The notes: generated from the letters alone by a model not told the origin. Numbered from the stretch's first letter, positions 8,309-17,599 are shown. The stretch: DNA of 32,177 nucleotides from Myxococcota bacterium (GCA_039030515.1 JBCCEA010000041.1:1-32177), one strand, 5' to 3'. A program made the numbers and translations.

Positions 8309-9601
8309 ATGAGATGCCAGCCTAAGACCAGAAAACGCCGATCCACAGCGGGTCTAATTCAGACAGGTGTGAACCAGTGTTCTCAATCGCGTTGCGGACT
8401 TTGGTTTACGCGACATCGCAAATCGAAGCGCAGGAGTGGTGACGTAGACGTGATCGAGCGAGCACACCCGGCAATTCAAACTCGGAGCATGGGGGGTAGA
8501 CGGGCGACGGGGCAGAGCAGCCTGACAGCGCCTATCTTACTGCTTCCAATCGCCATTCTGCTAAGCGCTCCGGCTGAGGTTCGCGCGGATGCGGTGCTTC
8601 TTTTGCGACCGATCGGCGCACCGGTAGCGGACGATGGGTCTGCGACCCGCAGCGAGATCGATGATGTGGAGGATGCGATCGCGGACGCGGTTTTGGCAGA
8701 AGGGCATCGGGCGCAAACCGAGTTCGGCGCAGCTGCCTCAGCGGACGCGCAGGCGGCTCCCTCGACCGCAAACGAGATGCGGGCGATCGCAGAGCTCCAG
8801 CATGTCGCCTGGGTCGTGCAGCCGGAAGTGGTTCGCTACGATGCCGCCGAGTACCGTCTCAGGATCAAGGTTTTCATGCTGCGAGACCTTCGTATTGAAG
8901 AGGCCCTGGTCACCATTGTTCGTGCTCGCGAGGCGGCAGATCTTGGCGAATTGATGCGCCATGCGCTCTCAGACGAGGGGATCGGAGATTTCGATCTGGA
9001 TGCCGCCAGACGGGCTCGACAAGCAGAGTTTCAGCAGCAGCAGGAAGAAGAAGCTCGCGCACAAGCGGCCGCCGAGGCCCAGCGAGAACGCGAACGAAAG
9101 GCGCAGGCAACAGAGGACAAACGCCTCGCCCGGCAGCAGCGAGAACGCTACGACGGCAGCACGGGACGGCGCATGATCCAGCTTGGGTTTGGAGCGCGCG
9201 GTTTGCTCACCCACGACTCAGACGGAACCGGCGGAACCCTGTACTCGACCGAGGGTCGTTTCGGCTACGTGATCGAGTCGGTGCCCGGGCTCGAACTGCG
9301 TGCGGGCCTCGATGCTGTGGGCGGTTCGGTGGGGGGTATGGCGCTTCACGGCGGCGCCGCGTACCTTGCCAGTCCGTTTACCAGAACACCGATTCACTTT
9401 GGCGGCAGTCTCGAAATCGGCTGGTTTCAGGGTTTTACGGGCAACAAACGAGCCGCCTTCATGCTCCGAACTGGAGGCCTGCTTGCTTTTCGGCTGACCG
9501 ACCAGCTCTACCTCGAAGCGAGTGCTCCCGAGCTGACGTTGTTTTCCCGAGGAACGGCGATCGCGGTGGGTGCTTCCGCTCGGTTGGGATACCGATTCTG
9601 A
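8309..9601 (+). CDS. Secreted/outer-membrane protein: signal peptide, alpha/beta domain, Q/E/R-rich coiled coil, C-terminal beta-barrel (true start probably 8450-8489)
   Basis: Hydrophobic PILLLPIAILLSAPAEVRA; charged helical linker; Gly/aromatic alternating strands ending RLGYRF (terminal Phe, BAM-type signal). Confidence 0.65.
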   Translation: MRCQPKTRKRRSTAGLIQTGVNQCSQSRCGLWFTRHRKSKRRSGDVDVIERAHPAIQTRSMGGRRATGQSSLTAPILLLPIAILLSAPAEVRADAVLLLRPIGAPVADDGSATRSEIDDVEDAIADAVLAEGHRAQTEFGAAASADAQAAPSTANEMRAIAELQHVAWVVQPEVVRYDAAEYRLRIKVFMLRDLRIEEALVTIVRAREAADLGELMRHALSDEGIGDFDLDAARRARQAEFQQQQEEEARAQAAAEAQRERERKAQATEDKRLARQQRERYDGSTGRRMIQLGFGARGLLTHDSDGTGGTLYSTEGRFGYVIESVPGLELRAGLDAVGGSVGGMALHGGAAYLASPFTRTPIHFGGSLEIGWFQGFTGNKRAAFMLRTGGLLAFRLTDQLYLEASAPELTLFSRGTAIAVGASARLGYRF

Positions 9602-9667
9602 TCGGCGGGACGCTCGTTTCTCTTCGCGAACGTAGCATCGGGCCGGTGAGTCGAGTACGTACGCCCC

Positions 9668-10141
9668 ATGTCGTGGCCTCTTTGGGAACGGCTCTACGCC
9701 CTTGCCCTCACCCTGTTGCTCTCCGCACTGGTCGTCGGTCCAGCGTTTCGAAACCCGCCCTACGATAGTTTTCCGTTTTCGGACTATCCGATGTTCTCAG
9801 CCGGCCGGCCGACGCCTCAGCTCCGACTCACTCACGTCCAAGGCGTTTTCGAAAATGGAAGTCGCACGCCACTTTCGCCTTGGGTCGCCGCAGGCAATCA
9901 CGAGGTGCTCCAGGCCGGCAATCTGATCCGTCATGCCTCGTTTGGATCCGTGGAGTCTCGAGGGGCGTTCTGTCGACGTGCAGCAGCGCGCGTTGCCGAG
10001 GAAGAAGACCTCCAGGGGGTCGTCGCTGTAGAGCTGGTGACGAGCGACTTTGACTGCGTTCGTTACTTCGAGGAAGCGCAGAAACCACAGTTCCAAAGGA
10101 CACACGAGCGATGTTCGGTCACCCGGGATTCTGCGCGATGA
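9668..10141 (+). CDS. Small membrane-anchored protein with PFSxYPMFS motif (HTTM partner)
   Basis: N-terminal TM helix followed by DSFPFSDYPMFS; stop overlaps the next start as ATGA at 10138-10141. Confidence 0.7.
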   Translation: MSWPLWERLYALALTLLLSALVVGPAFRNPPYDSFPFSDYPMFSAGRPTPQLRLTHVQGVFENGSRTPLSPWVAAGNHEVLQAGNLIRHASFGSVESRGAFCRRAAARVAEEEDLQGVVAVELVTSDFDCVRYFEEAQKPQFQRTHERCSVTRDSAR

Positions 10142-11133
10142 GCTTACCTCTCGCGGGTCGCTGGGCCTTTACGCCTCGGCTCTTTCCCTCGGCGCCTGCT
10201 GCTCGCCTTGGAACGCTGCGTTTTCTTATCGGCCTTTACGCCTTTGTTTTTCTGTCTATTCGTGCGCCGCACTACTGGAGCTACAGTGCGATGCATCCAG
10301 AGCAGTTCCAGCCGGTGGGTTTGGGAACCCTACTCAGCGGGATTCTGCCCGCTCCGATCGTTCAGATCTTGGTCGTTTCAAGCGTGCTCTTGAGCGTTCC
10401 ATTCATGCTGGGCTATCGATTCCGTATCTTCGGTCCGCTCTTCGCCTCGGCGTTGATGGCCCTGCTGACCTACTCGAACTGCTTTGGACAGATCCTTCAC
10501 ACCGAGCATCTGCTTGCGCTCCACGTCCTCGTCCTCGCCCTAACGCCGGCAGCAGATGCGGTCAGTAAGGACGCGATCGCGCGAGAACACGCTGCTCGAA
10601 GAAGCTCTGCTGTGCCTGGGTTTGCGATCTCGAACCCTGCAACCCCTCATCCCCGATACGGCTGGGCGATTCAGCTGCTGTCCATCGTATGTGTTGCGGG
10701 ATATCTCTTGGCCGGAATCGCCAAAGTACGGCACTCGGGAATGGAGTTCGTGATGGGCGATACCCTCAGAAACTACGTGGCTTTTGACAATGTTCGCAAG
10801 CTCGAGCTCGGCAGCATCGGATCCCCGGTGGGCCCCGTCCTGCTCCAGCACACCGGGCTTTTCGGAGTGCTCGCCGGGCTTTCTTTGGGTCTCGAGCTTG
10901 GGGCGCCGCTCGCCCTTGTTCACCGCGGCTTTGGCATGCTTTGGACGCTGCTGGTTTGGGGCTTCCATCTCGGGGTGCTCGTGATCATGGCCATTGGGTT
11001 CCCCTACCATCTGTCGTTTATCGCCTTCCTTTCGTTCTATCGAGCAGAGGCGATCCTCGGGTGGCGCCCTTTGGGTGCACTCCTCGCGAGGCTGGGCTTG
11101 ATCCCTCAAGCAGGGCCCGAACCCCACCCCTAA
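10138..11133 (+). CDS. HTTM-domain multi-pass membrane protein
   Basis: RLGTLRFLIG, LGYRFR, FGQILHTEHL, YLLAGIAK, LELGAP and FHLG...MAIGF match the HTTM / vitamin K-dependent carboxylase / SdpB-like pattern. Confidence 0.75.
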   Translation: MSLPLAGRWAFTPRLFPSAPAARLGTLRFLIGLYAFVFLSIRAPHYWSYSAMHPEQFQPVGLGTLLSGILPAPIVQILVVSSVLLSVPFMLGYRFRIFGPLFASALMALLTYSNCFGQILHTEHLLALHVLVLALTPAADAVSKDAIAREHAARRSSAVPGFAISNPATPHPRYGWAIQLLSIVCVAGYLLAGIAKVRHSGMEFVMGDTLRNYVAFDNVRKLELGSIGSPVGPVLLQHTGLFGVLAGLSLGLELGAPLALVHRGFGMLWTLLVWGFHLGVLVIMAIGFPYHLSFIAFLSFYRAEAILGWRPLGALLARLGLIPQAGPEPHP

Positions 11134-11188
11134 GCTTGAGCGACTCTGCGAGTGTGCTGGTCGCTCGCGTACCGGGTCAGGCGGGCAC

Positions 11189-11246
11189 ATGCGAGAAGGG
11201 TAGGCGCAATGCAAGGAGGGTAGGCGCAATGCGAGGAAGGTAGCCG
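11189..11246. repeat. ~3 x 20-nt tandem repeat in a convergent intergenic gap
   Basis: atgcgagaagggtaggcgca / atgcaaggagggtaggcgca / atgcgaggaaggtagccg. Confidence 0.88.
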
Positions 11247-11279
11247 GATCGCCGGAAGCACGTAGATCGTCGAGAGAGC

Positions 11280-13412
11280 CTAGGGGCTGTCGCCCGTTTT
11301 CGTGATCAGCTTTTTGGCCATGAGAAACTCGTAGAAGCTGACCATATTTGTCTCTAGAACCCGCCGAAACAGCGCATCTGCACCAGCGAGGTCTCCCTGC
11401 GCGAGCAAGCGCGCTCCCTCATAGAAGTGCGCCTCGGTTTGTTCCCCGAGTCCAGAGGCCTCTTCAAGTAGGGTGTCGTACGCTAGTTCTCCTGCCCCAA
11501 AGAGCGCCAACCGGCCCCACCACGCACTACTTTCGGCCATATCCGTCAAGAGCCGATCGACTTCAGGATCGACCTGTGCCCCGTCTCTGCCCGCGACCGC
11601 TTTGACCCAAAGAGCGAAGTACACCTTCCACTCCGGAGCCAAAGAAAGCTGCCTCTGAGCCCTACGGAACACATCGTTGGCGAGATCGATATTGGGTCTT
11701 GAGGCGACGAGATGAGAGAGAATACCGGCATAAGGTTCCCGCCAAGTCGGTGCTGCGTACATCGCCCGTCGGAAGGCCTGCTCGGCCTGCTCCGGGGCAT
11801 CGATACGATCAAAAAGCACCCCTTGGCGTACGTAGACCATCGCGCTCGCGGGGCCCCGGATCGTGGGTAGGATATCCCCCCAGATCGACAGCGCTTCCCG
11901 GTACATGCGAATAGCCTGTCGCCGACTGCCGGTGGCCAGAAACGCGTCTCCCAGATGTTCCAGCAGTTCGGCTCTGCGGGCAGACCCCTCCCGTTGATCG
12001 TGGGGGGTCAGATCGAGTGCTCGCCGATAGAGTCGTGCGGCCTCGTTTACGTTGCCGGTGCGCTCTTGCAGGAGCCCTAGCTGCAACAGCGCACCGGAGT
12101 TTTCCCCAGCCTCAAGACTGGCTTGAAGATGACTCCTTGCCGCGCTGGTGTTGCCCGCATTCATCTCGAGCATGCCGACCAGAAACTGCAAACGTTCTCT
12201 TGCCACTGGAGGAGCGCTTTCGGGCCAGCGCTCGAGACGCGCCTCTAAAATCGCATCGGCATTTCGTGCGAGTAGACGCGCCTCATTTGGGTTGCCGCGG
12301 AAGAGTCCCGCCTCGAGAAACTCGTCCAGCTGACTCAAGGCCTCGTCATATAGCGCTCGCTGATCGGGTCCCAGTTCGATGGCTCGCGCGTACCATGCAG
12401 TCGCGTCGGCAAGGCGTTCCTGCACGGTGGCGACTCGAGCCAAACAAGTTGGAAAGACCGGAGAATCTGAATTCCGCTGCATACCGGAACGACAGAGTCC
12501 AAACGAGACTTGAGGCCTAGCGGTGAGGAACAGCTCCGCCAGTTCGAGGATCGCATCGTCGCCAGAGCGTCCACCTCCCCGAGCGTCTCGCAGTGTGCGA
12601 AGCAAGCGAACTTCGGTTCCGCTGATGTCGCCCATGGCCTCTACTCTTTCGATAGCGACCTCGACAATGCCGTGTTCGAGAAAAATGGAGGCTACGTCGA
12701 GGGGGGCGCGACGAATCAGGTGAGGCGAAATTGAACGCAGCCTCAAAGGAAATCCATCGGCGCCCGACTCGAGTGCGGCAAGTATAGCGGCACGGCGTTC
12801 AGAGTGCAGAGATGCCGCTGTTTCCAGAACTTCAGGCGAAGGGGTTAGATCGGCGTGCTCGGTCCAGACTTCGATGAGTTTGCTGACCGCCTCGATATCG
12901 CCGCCCAAAGATCGCCGCGCGTTCCGGCCCCATCGCTGGATTAGACGGTACTCGTTCTGATGGGTTTCCTCGTCGGGGCGGAGCCGGGACAGCACCAAAA
13001 GAGCGCTCATCACCGCGGCCTCTTCACCCCGAGGCGAGCCATGGTCTGCCACAAATCGAGCGACGGGTTCCAGGTTTTCGGGAAGATCAGATCGGCTGAA
13101 ATCGATCGGAAGCAGCAGCTCGGTCATCGCTGCAAAATGTTCGACGACCGCGTCGTAGTCTCCCTCGTCCATCAGCGCCTGGGACTGAAGCGCCAACTGG
13201 CCGATCAGCTGATCACGGAGTCCAATTCGATCTGGATGGTCGGCGCCGAGCGTATGGTAGAGCCGAACGCTGCCTGGAAAGTTTGCTTGGGTGATTTGGG
13301 TGGGTACGCCAGCCGATGGATGCACGTGATCGAGCGACCCTGGCTGAATTGCGGCCCCGCCACATCCGAAGGCGTACAGGAGAGCACCGATAGAAGCGAA
13401 AAGGCGTAACAT
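11280..13412 (-). CDS. Large TPR lipoprotein with NlpI-like C-terminus (ORF extends to 13472)
   Basis: MLRLFASIGALLYAFG|C lipobox; several TPR motifs (ALLQLGLLQERTGNVNEAARLYRRALDLTP); C-terminal TEAHFYEG...GDLAGADALFRRVLETNMVSFYE. Confidence 0.75.
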   Translation of the reverse strand: MLRLFASIGALLYAFGCGGAAIQPGSLDHVHPSAGVPTQITQANFPGSVRLYHTLGADHPDRIGLRDQLIGQLALQSQALMDEGDYDAVVEHFAAMTELLLPIDFSRSDLPENLEPVARFVADHGSPRGEEAAVMSALLVLSRLRPDEETHQNEYRLIQRWGRNARRSLGGDIEAVSKLIEVWTEHADLTPSPEVLETAASLHSERRAAILAALESGADGFPLRLRSISPHLIRRAPLDVASIFLEHGIVEVAIERVEAMGDISGTEVRLLRTLRDARGGGRSGDDAILELAELFLTARPQVSFGLCRSGMQRNSDSPVFPTCLARVATVQERLADATAWYARAIELGPDQRALYDEALSQLDEFLEAGLFRGNPNEARLLARNADAILEARLERWPESAPPVARERLQFLVGMLEMNAGNTSAARSHLQASLEAGENSGALLQLGLLQERTGNVNEAARLYRRALDLTPHDQREGSARRAELLEHLGDAFLATGSRRQAIRMYREALSIWGDILPTIRGPASAMVYVRQGVLFDRIDAPEQAEQAFRRAMYAAPTWREPYAGILSHLVASRPNIDLANDVFRRAQRQLSLAPEWKVYFALWVKAVAGRDGAQVDPEVDRLLTDMAESSAWWGRLALFGAGELAYDTLLEEASGLGEQTEAHFYEGARLLAQGDLAGADALFRRVLETNMVSFYEFLMAKKLITKTGDSP

Positions 13413-13473
13413 ATTGAGATAGAAGGCTCCTTTGCTGAGCATAGCAATCTGAGCGGGCAGCCGCATGATCAAG

Positions 13474-14709
13474 CTACCTGCTCTGCAAGAACATCATGAT
13501 CGCCCCAATGGCCGCGACGACGATGCCGCCCAAAAGCACCAGGACCGGAATCAGATTCCGCAAAGCGAAGCGTCTCCCTGAAACCGATCGTTTCGAGCCC
13601 TCTTGCGCGGTTTTCCTTGATTTCGTTTCACGCCTCGGCGTCGTCGCGGCTGAGGAACCGAAGTAGGATTTCTCGACACGTCGGGTTGTCTCGTTACGAA
13701 TTGTATCGCGTGACACATTTGCTGGGTAGAAATCGGGGTCCGCAATCTGCAAAGCCACCGCGAAGGACTCGCAAAATTCGCTAGCAGTCTGATGGCGCTG
13801 TTCGGGGATTCTCGACATCGCCCGATCGAGGACATCGGAAATGCTCTGCGGCACGTCTGGACGCACTTCCCGGATCGGTTTCTGAGCTCCGGACAAGATC
13901 GCGCCGAGAAGCTGGCCATGGTCTGATGCCTGATACGGGGATTCTCCCGCTAGGGCCTCGTACACGATGACACCCATCGAAAATACGTCTGTTCTGGAAT
14001 CTGCACTGCGTGCCGACCGGCAGAGTTCGGGGGCCATGTAGCGGGGGGTTCCTAGGATGATCCCGGTATGCGTCAGTCTTTTGGTGTTGAGCTCGTAGGA
14101 AAGTCCGAAATCGAGCAGCTTCACCCGGCTGGAATCGCCTTTTTCGAGAAAGATATTGTCCGGCTTGAGGTCTCGATGAACGATATGCTGCGCGTGAGCA
14201 GCGGCCAATGCAGAGCAGGTCGAATGTACGATCGGCAAAAGATCTTGGAGCTCGAAGGGCCCCTGTCTCTCGATCCGCTCGCCTAGCGTCTCTCCCTCGA
14301 GAAGCTCCATCGCGATCCAAGGATCTTCATCTTGGTGTCCGAACGCGAAGACCCGAACGATTCCTGGGTGGTTGATCTGCGAGAGGATCTCGGATTCGCG
14401 CCGGAATCGAGCCCGAATCTCTTCGTCTACGCCCCGGGCCTGAATGAGTACTTTGAGCGCGATCCTCTCGTCGCTTTCGAGATCGGTCGCCTCGTACACG
14501 GTGCCCATCGCTCCCTTGCCCAGCTCACGTTCAATGCAGAAACGGCCGGCCACAAAGGATCCAGGTGAAAACGCCGGCTGAACGACGGTCGGCCCGACTT
14601 CAAACTCGAGACTTTCGTAGGAGGGTCGCTTGGAACGCGTCACAACGGTCGGCTCGACTTCAAACTCGAGACTTTCGTAGGAAGGTCGCTTGGAGCGCAA
14701 GTGGTTCAT
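13474..14709 (-). CDS. Eukaryote-like Ser/Thr protein kinase with C-terminal TM helix
   Basis: LGKGAMGTVY, IALKVL, HRDLKPDN, DFG, GTPRYMAPE, DVFSMG; hydrophobic tail LIPVLVLLGGIVVAAIGAIMMFL. Confidence 0.95.
   Translation of the reverse strand: MNHLRSKRPSYESLEFEVEPTVVTRSKRPSYESLEFEVGPTVVQPAFSPGSFVAGRFCIERELGKGAMGTVYEATDLESDERIALKVLIQARGVDEEIRARFRRESEILSQINHPGIVRVFAFGHQDEDPWIAMELLEGETLGERIERQGPFELQDLLPIVHSTCSALAAAHAQHIVHRDLKPDNIFLEKGDSSRVKLLDFGLSYELNTKRLTHTGIILGTPRYMAPELCRSARSADSRTDVFSMGVIVYEALAGESPYQASDHGQLLGAILSGAQKPIREVRPDVPQSISDVLDRAMSRIPEQRHQTASEFCESFAVALQIADPDFYPANVSRDTIRNETTRRVEKSYFGSSAATTPRRETKSRKTAQEGSKRSVSGRRFALRNLIPVLVLLGGIVVAAIGAIMMFLQSR
14582..14698. repeat. 60-nt in-frame tandem duplication in the kinase N-terminus
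   Basis: Blocks 14581-14640 and 14641-14700 are nearly identical; encodes RSKRPSYESLEFEV(E/G)PTVV twice. Confidence 0.95.
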
Positions 14710-14736
14710 GAGGATCGAGTGACCGTGCTGGAGCGC

Positions 14737-16887
14737 TTATTCTCGCTCCACATCATATACGCCTTCGACCTTTTGGATGCCCCGCATCAGCGACTTGAGG
14801 GTGTTGAGGTCACGCACTGTGAACTGAAATACATTTTGTCCGCGGCCCGACAAGGATCGACAGCTGGCCTCGTTGATGTTGACTCCGTGTGTGGTGAATA
14901 CATTACTGATTTTTGACAGCAAACCCGGTCGATCGCCGGTAGTCACCCGCAGCGATACGGGCAGGTCGACGTTGGATGTACGCGCCCATTCTACATCGAC
15001 CCGTCGATCGGGATCGAGCTCCATGGCGCGCGGGCACCCACGTCGATGGACCGTGACTCCTCGTCCTCGGGTGATCCATCCCGTGACCGAGTCTCCAGGG
15101 ACGGGATTACAGCATTTGCCAAACCGGACCAGCATGTCGTCCATGCCCTGAATGAGGATGCAGTTGTCGCTTGGCCTGCGACGCACGCGATTCACCGTGC
15201 GCTCGATCAAACCGGGCTTGAGGTTTTCCTGCGTGGCCGGCTTGTCGGCGGGGACGATCGCTTCCATCACGTCCGACATATCGATGCGGCCATAGCCGAG
15301 CTGAGCGAAGAGCTCCTCGGTATTTTTGCAGCCGAGTTTTTCTACGACCTTCTGCGATTCGGGGCTCTTGAGGAATCTAGCGTAGGAGAGCTCCCGCTTG
15401 CGCATCTGCCGCTCGAAAAGGTCCCGCCCAAGTTTCACGCTTCTCCGGCGCTCCTCCGATCTCAAGTAGGTTCGTATGCGCGAGCGTGCCCGAGCGGTGA
15501 CGACGTGTTCGAGCTGATCTTTGTTTGGCCTTTGGTTGTTGCTCGTGAGGATGTCTACGACGTCGCCGTTGCGCAGCTGAGTGCGCATGGAAACCATCGC
15601 TCCGTTGACTCGAGCGCCAGCGCAGTGATGGCCAACCTCGCTGTGTATCGAGTAGGCAAAGTCGATCGGAGTGGCACCTTGGGGGAAGTTTTTGACGTCT
15701 CCCTTAGGGGTAAATACGAAGATCTCGTCATTGAACAGGTCCACGCGCACCGACTCGTAAAATTCGGCCGGGTCGTTGACCTCCTGCTGAAACTCCATCA
15801 GCTGCCTCAGCCAGGCGAAACGAGCCGCGTCTTTGGCATCGAGGCCACCTGTGCGCTGCTTGTACTGCCAGTGAGCAGCGATGCCGTACTCCGCGGTGCG
15901 ATGCATATCGTGCGTCCGTATCTGCACCTCGATTCGACGATGCTCCGGTCCGATGACGGTGGTGTGGAGCGACTGGTACATGTTGGACTTCGGCAGCGCG
16001 ATGTAGTCCTTGAAGCGTCCCGGCACCGGGGTCCATTCGGAATGCACGACGCCGAGCGCAGCATAGCAATCCGCCACGGTCTCCACCAAAACGCGAAACG
16101 CGGTCACGTCATGAACTTGCTCAAATTCGCAGTCGGTTTTTCTCATTTTGGAAAAGACCGAGTACAGGTGTTTGTGACGCCCAAAGACTTCGACCGCGAA
16201 CCCTCTTTGAATCAACATGTGCTGAAGCTTTTTGATCACCTGACTGACGTACCGATCGCTATCTTTCGTGCGTCGTTCCATCTGAGAGTTCAGGTCTAAA
16301 AAAGCGTCGGGCCAGAGGTACTGAAAGCTCAGATCCTCAAGCTCAGCCTTGAGCCACTGAATTCCAAGTCGGCCCGCAAGCGGCGCGTAGATCTCGACGG
16401 TCTCCCTCGAGATTCGCTCCTGGGAATCCGCGCGCATGTGTTCGAGCGTGCGCATATTGTCGAGTCGGTCGGCGAGCTTCACGAGAAGCACCCGGATGTC
16501 ACGGGCCATCGCGACCAACATCTTGCGGAAACTTTCCGCCTGTTGGTCCTCCCGACAAGAAAAGTTGACCTTGCCGAGTTTCGTCACTCCATCGACGAGG
16601 AACGCAACCTCTTGACCGAACGCTCCTTCGATTTCGTTACTCGTCACCTTCGTATCTTCTACGACGTCATGCAGCAGGGCGGCGCAAACACTGGCCGCAT
16701 CGAGCCTCATGTCGGCGATGATGTCTGCCACCGCTACCGGGTGCACAAAGTACGGGTCGCCTGACTTGCGCATTTGACCCTCGTGCATTCGAGCCGAGTA
16801 AACAAAGGCTTTATTGATGAGGTCGGTATCTGCCTCGGGGTGGTACCCCTTGACCTTGTCGAGGATATCGGTCAGGCGGATCATCAC
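14737..16887 (-). CDS. rel: Bifunctional (p)ppGpp synthetase/hydrolase (long RSH, Rel/SpoT)
   Basis: Intact HD hydrolase (GDPYFVHP, LLHDVVEDT, KLADRLDNMRTL); synthetase RFKDYIALPK...YQSLHT and EVQIRT; TGS domain FTPKG...IDFAYSIH; ZFD KCCNPVPGD; ACT DRPGLL. Confidence 0.96.
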   Translation of the reverse strand: MMIRLTDILDKVKGYHPEADTDLINKAFVYSARMHEGQMRKSGDPYFVHPVAVADIIADMRLDAASVCAALLHDVVEDTKVTSNEIEGAFGQEVAFLVDGVTKLGKVNFSCREDQQAESFRKMLVAMARDIRVLLVKLADRLDNMRTLEHMRADSQERISRETVEIYAPLAGRLGIQWLKAELEDLSFQYLWPDAFLDLNSQMERRTKDSDRYVSQVIKKLQHMLIQRGFAVEVFGRHKHLYSVFSKMRKTDCEFEQVHDVTAFRVLVETVADCYAALGVVHSEWTPVPGRFKDYIALPKSNMYQSLHTTVIGPEHRRIEVQIRTHDMHRTAEYGIAAHWQYKQRTGGLDAKDAARFAWLRQLMEFQQEVNDPAEFYESVRVDLFNDEIFVFTPKGDVKNFPQGATPIDFAYSIHSEVGHHCAGARVNGAMVSMRTQLRNGDVVDILTSNNQRPNKDQLEHVVTARARSRIRTYLRSEERRRSVKLGRDLFERQMRKRELSYARFLKSPESQKVVEKLGCKNTEELFAQLGYGRIDMSDVMEAIVPADKPATQENLKPGLIERTVNRVRRRPSDNCILIQGMDDMLVRFGKCCNPVPGDSVTGWITRGRGVTVHRRGCPRAMELDPDRRVDVEWARTSNVDLPVSLRVTTGDRPGLLSKISNVFTTHGVNINEASCRSLSGRGQNVFQFTVRDLNTLKSLMRGIQKVEGVYDVERE

Positions 16888-16939
16888 AGAGCAGCCACCA
16901 TCATCCGTTCAAAATCGTTGGTATTTCCAACCAATTATG

Positions 16940-16968
16940 AAAGTAGCATCGTCGACTCATGGGTACAA
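16940..16968 (-). promoter_or_regulatory. Putative sigma70 promoter for rel
   Basis: Minus strand reads TTGTAC-N17-TACTTT with TG at the extended -10 position, about 50 nt before the rel start. Confidence 0.5.
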
Positions 16969-17017
16969 GGTTTGCGGTATCGGCGGTCGTCTCTCGCTAA
17001 GATAAGAAGACTATGAA

Positions 17018-17599
17018 ATGAAATGGCTGAAGATGCTTGAGAGAATTGCTGCGGCGCATCGTCGAACGTTCGCTCGGTTTGCTGCCGTCTGTGGCGCGGT
17101 CATCGTTTCGTGGACGCTGTATTCTGAATTACCAAGAGAAATCGAGATCTTGTACAACTACGGGCTGCATCGCTTTGACGTGACCCGCGTCTCGATCGAC
17201 TACCTTAAACAAGGAGAGTCGGTGCACGGGGTTTCCTTCGAGTACCCCAGGGGAACAGCTCCGGCGAAGGAACGACATCGTCTCACCCTGGCTCGTGGCC
17301 ACTATCGCGTCCTCGCCCGACTCAGCTTGGATGGACGGTCGAAAGAGTTTGCGCGCGCTGTAGAAATCCCCCAGTCGGACGTCTATCAAATCGATCTATT
17401 TGAGATCGCGGTCGCTGCGGCCTCGGGAGAACGAAGCGAGCCACCCTACGCTGAAGAACTCCGCAACGTCTGGACGCATCACAACAGTTTGCACGCACCG
17501 CAATGGCTGCTTGCAAACCTGATTCAGGATGCTTTCGGCCACTCCAAGTTCCGAGCGCGCCGCGCCGATGTCGATAGAAGGCGATTTTACACCGAGTAG
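17018..17599 (+). CDS. Hypothetical membrane-anchored protein
   Basis: Divergent from rel; N-terminal TM (FAAVCGAVIVSWTLY) then a beta-rich domain; 3' end overlaps the convergent wzy stop by 13 nt. Confidence 0.6.
   Translation: MKWLKMLERIAAAHRRTFARFAAVCGAVIVSWTLYSELPREIEILYNYGLHRFDVTRVSIDYLKQGESVHGVSFEYPRGTAPAKERHRLTLARGHYRVLARLSLDGRSKEFARAVEIPQSDVYQIDLFEIAVAAASGERSEPPYAEELRNVWTHHNSLHAPQWLLANLIQDAFGHSKFRARRADVDRRRFYTE

Noticed and set aside
10540..11229. 229-aa minus-strand ORF
   Set aside because: Antisense shadow of the HTTM gene with no domain signal
15046..16299. 417-aa plus-strand ORF
   Set aside because: Entirely antisense to rel with no recognisable motifs; typical shadow ORF of GC-rich coding DNA
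17013..17021. Minimal uORF ATG-AAA-TGA overlapping the 17018 start
   Set aside because: Explained by a 5-nt micro-repeat (atgaa x2); nothing supports a regulatory role
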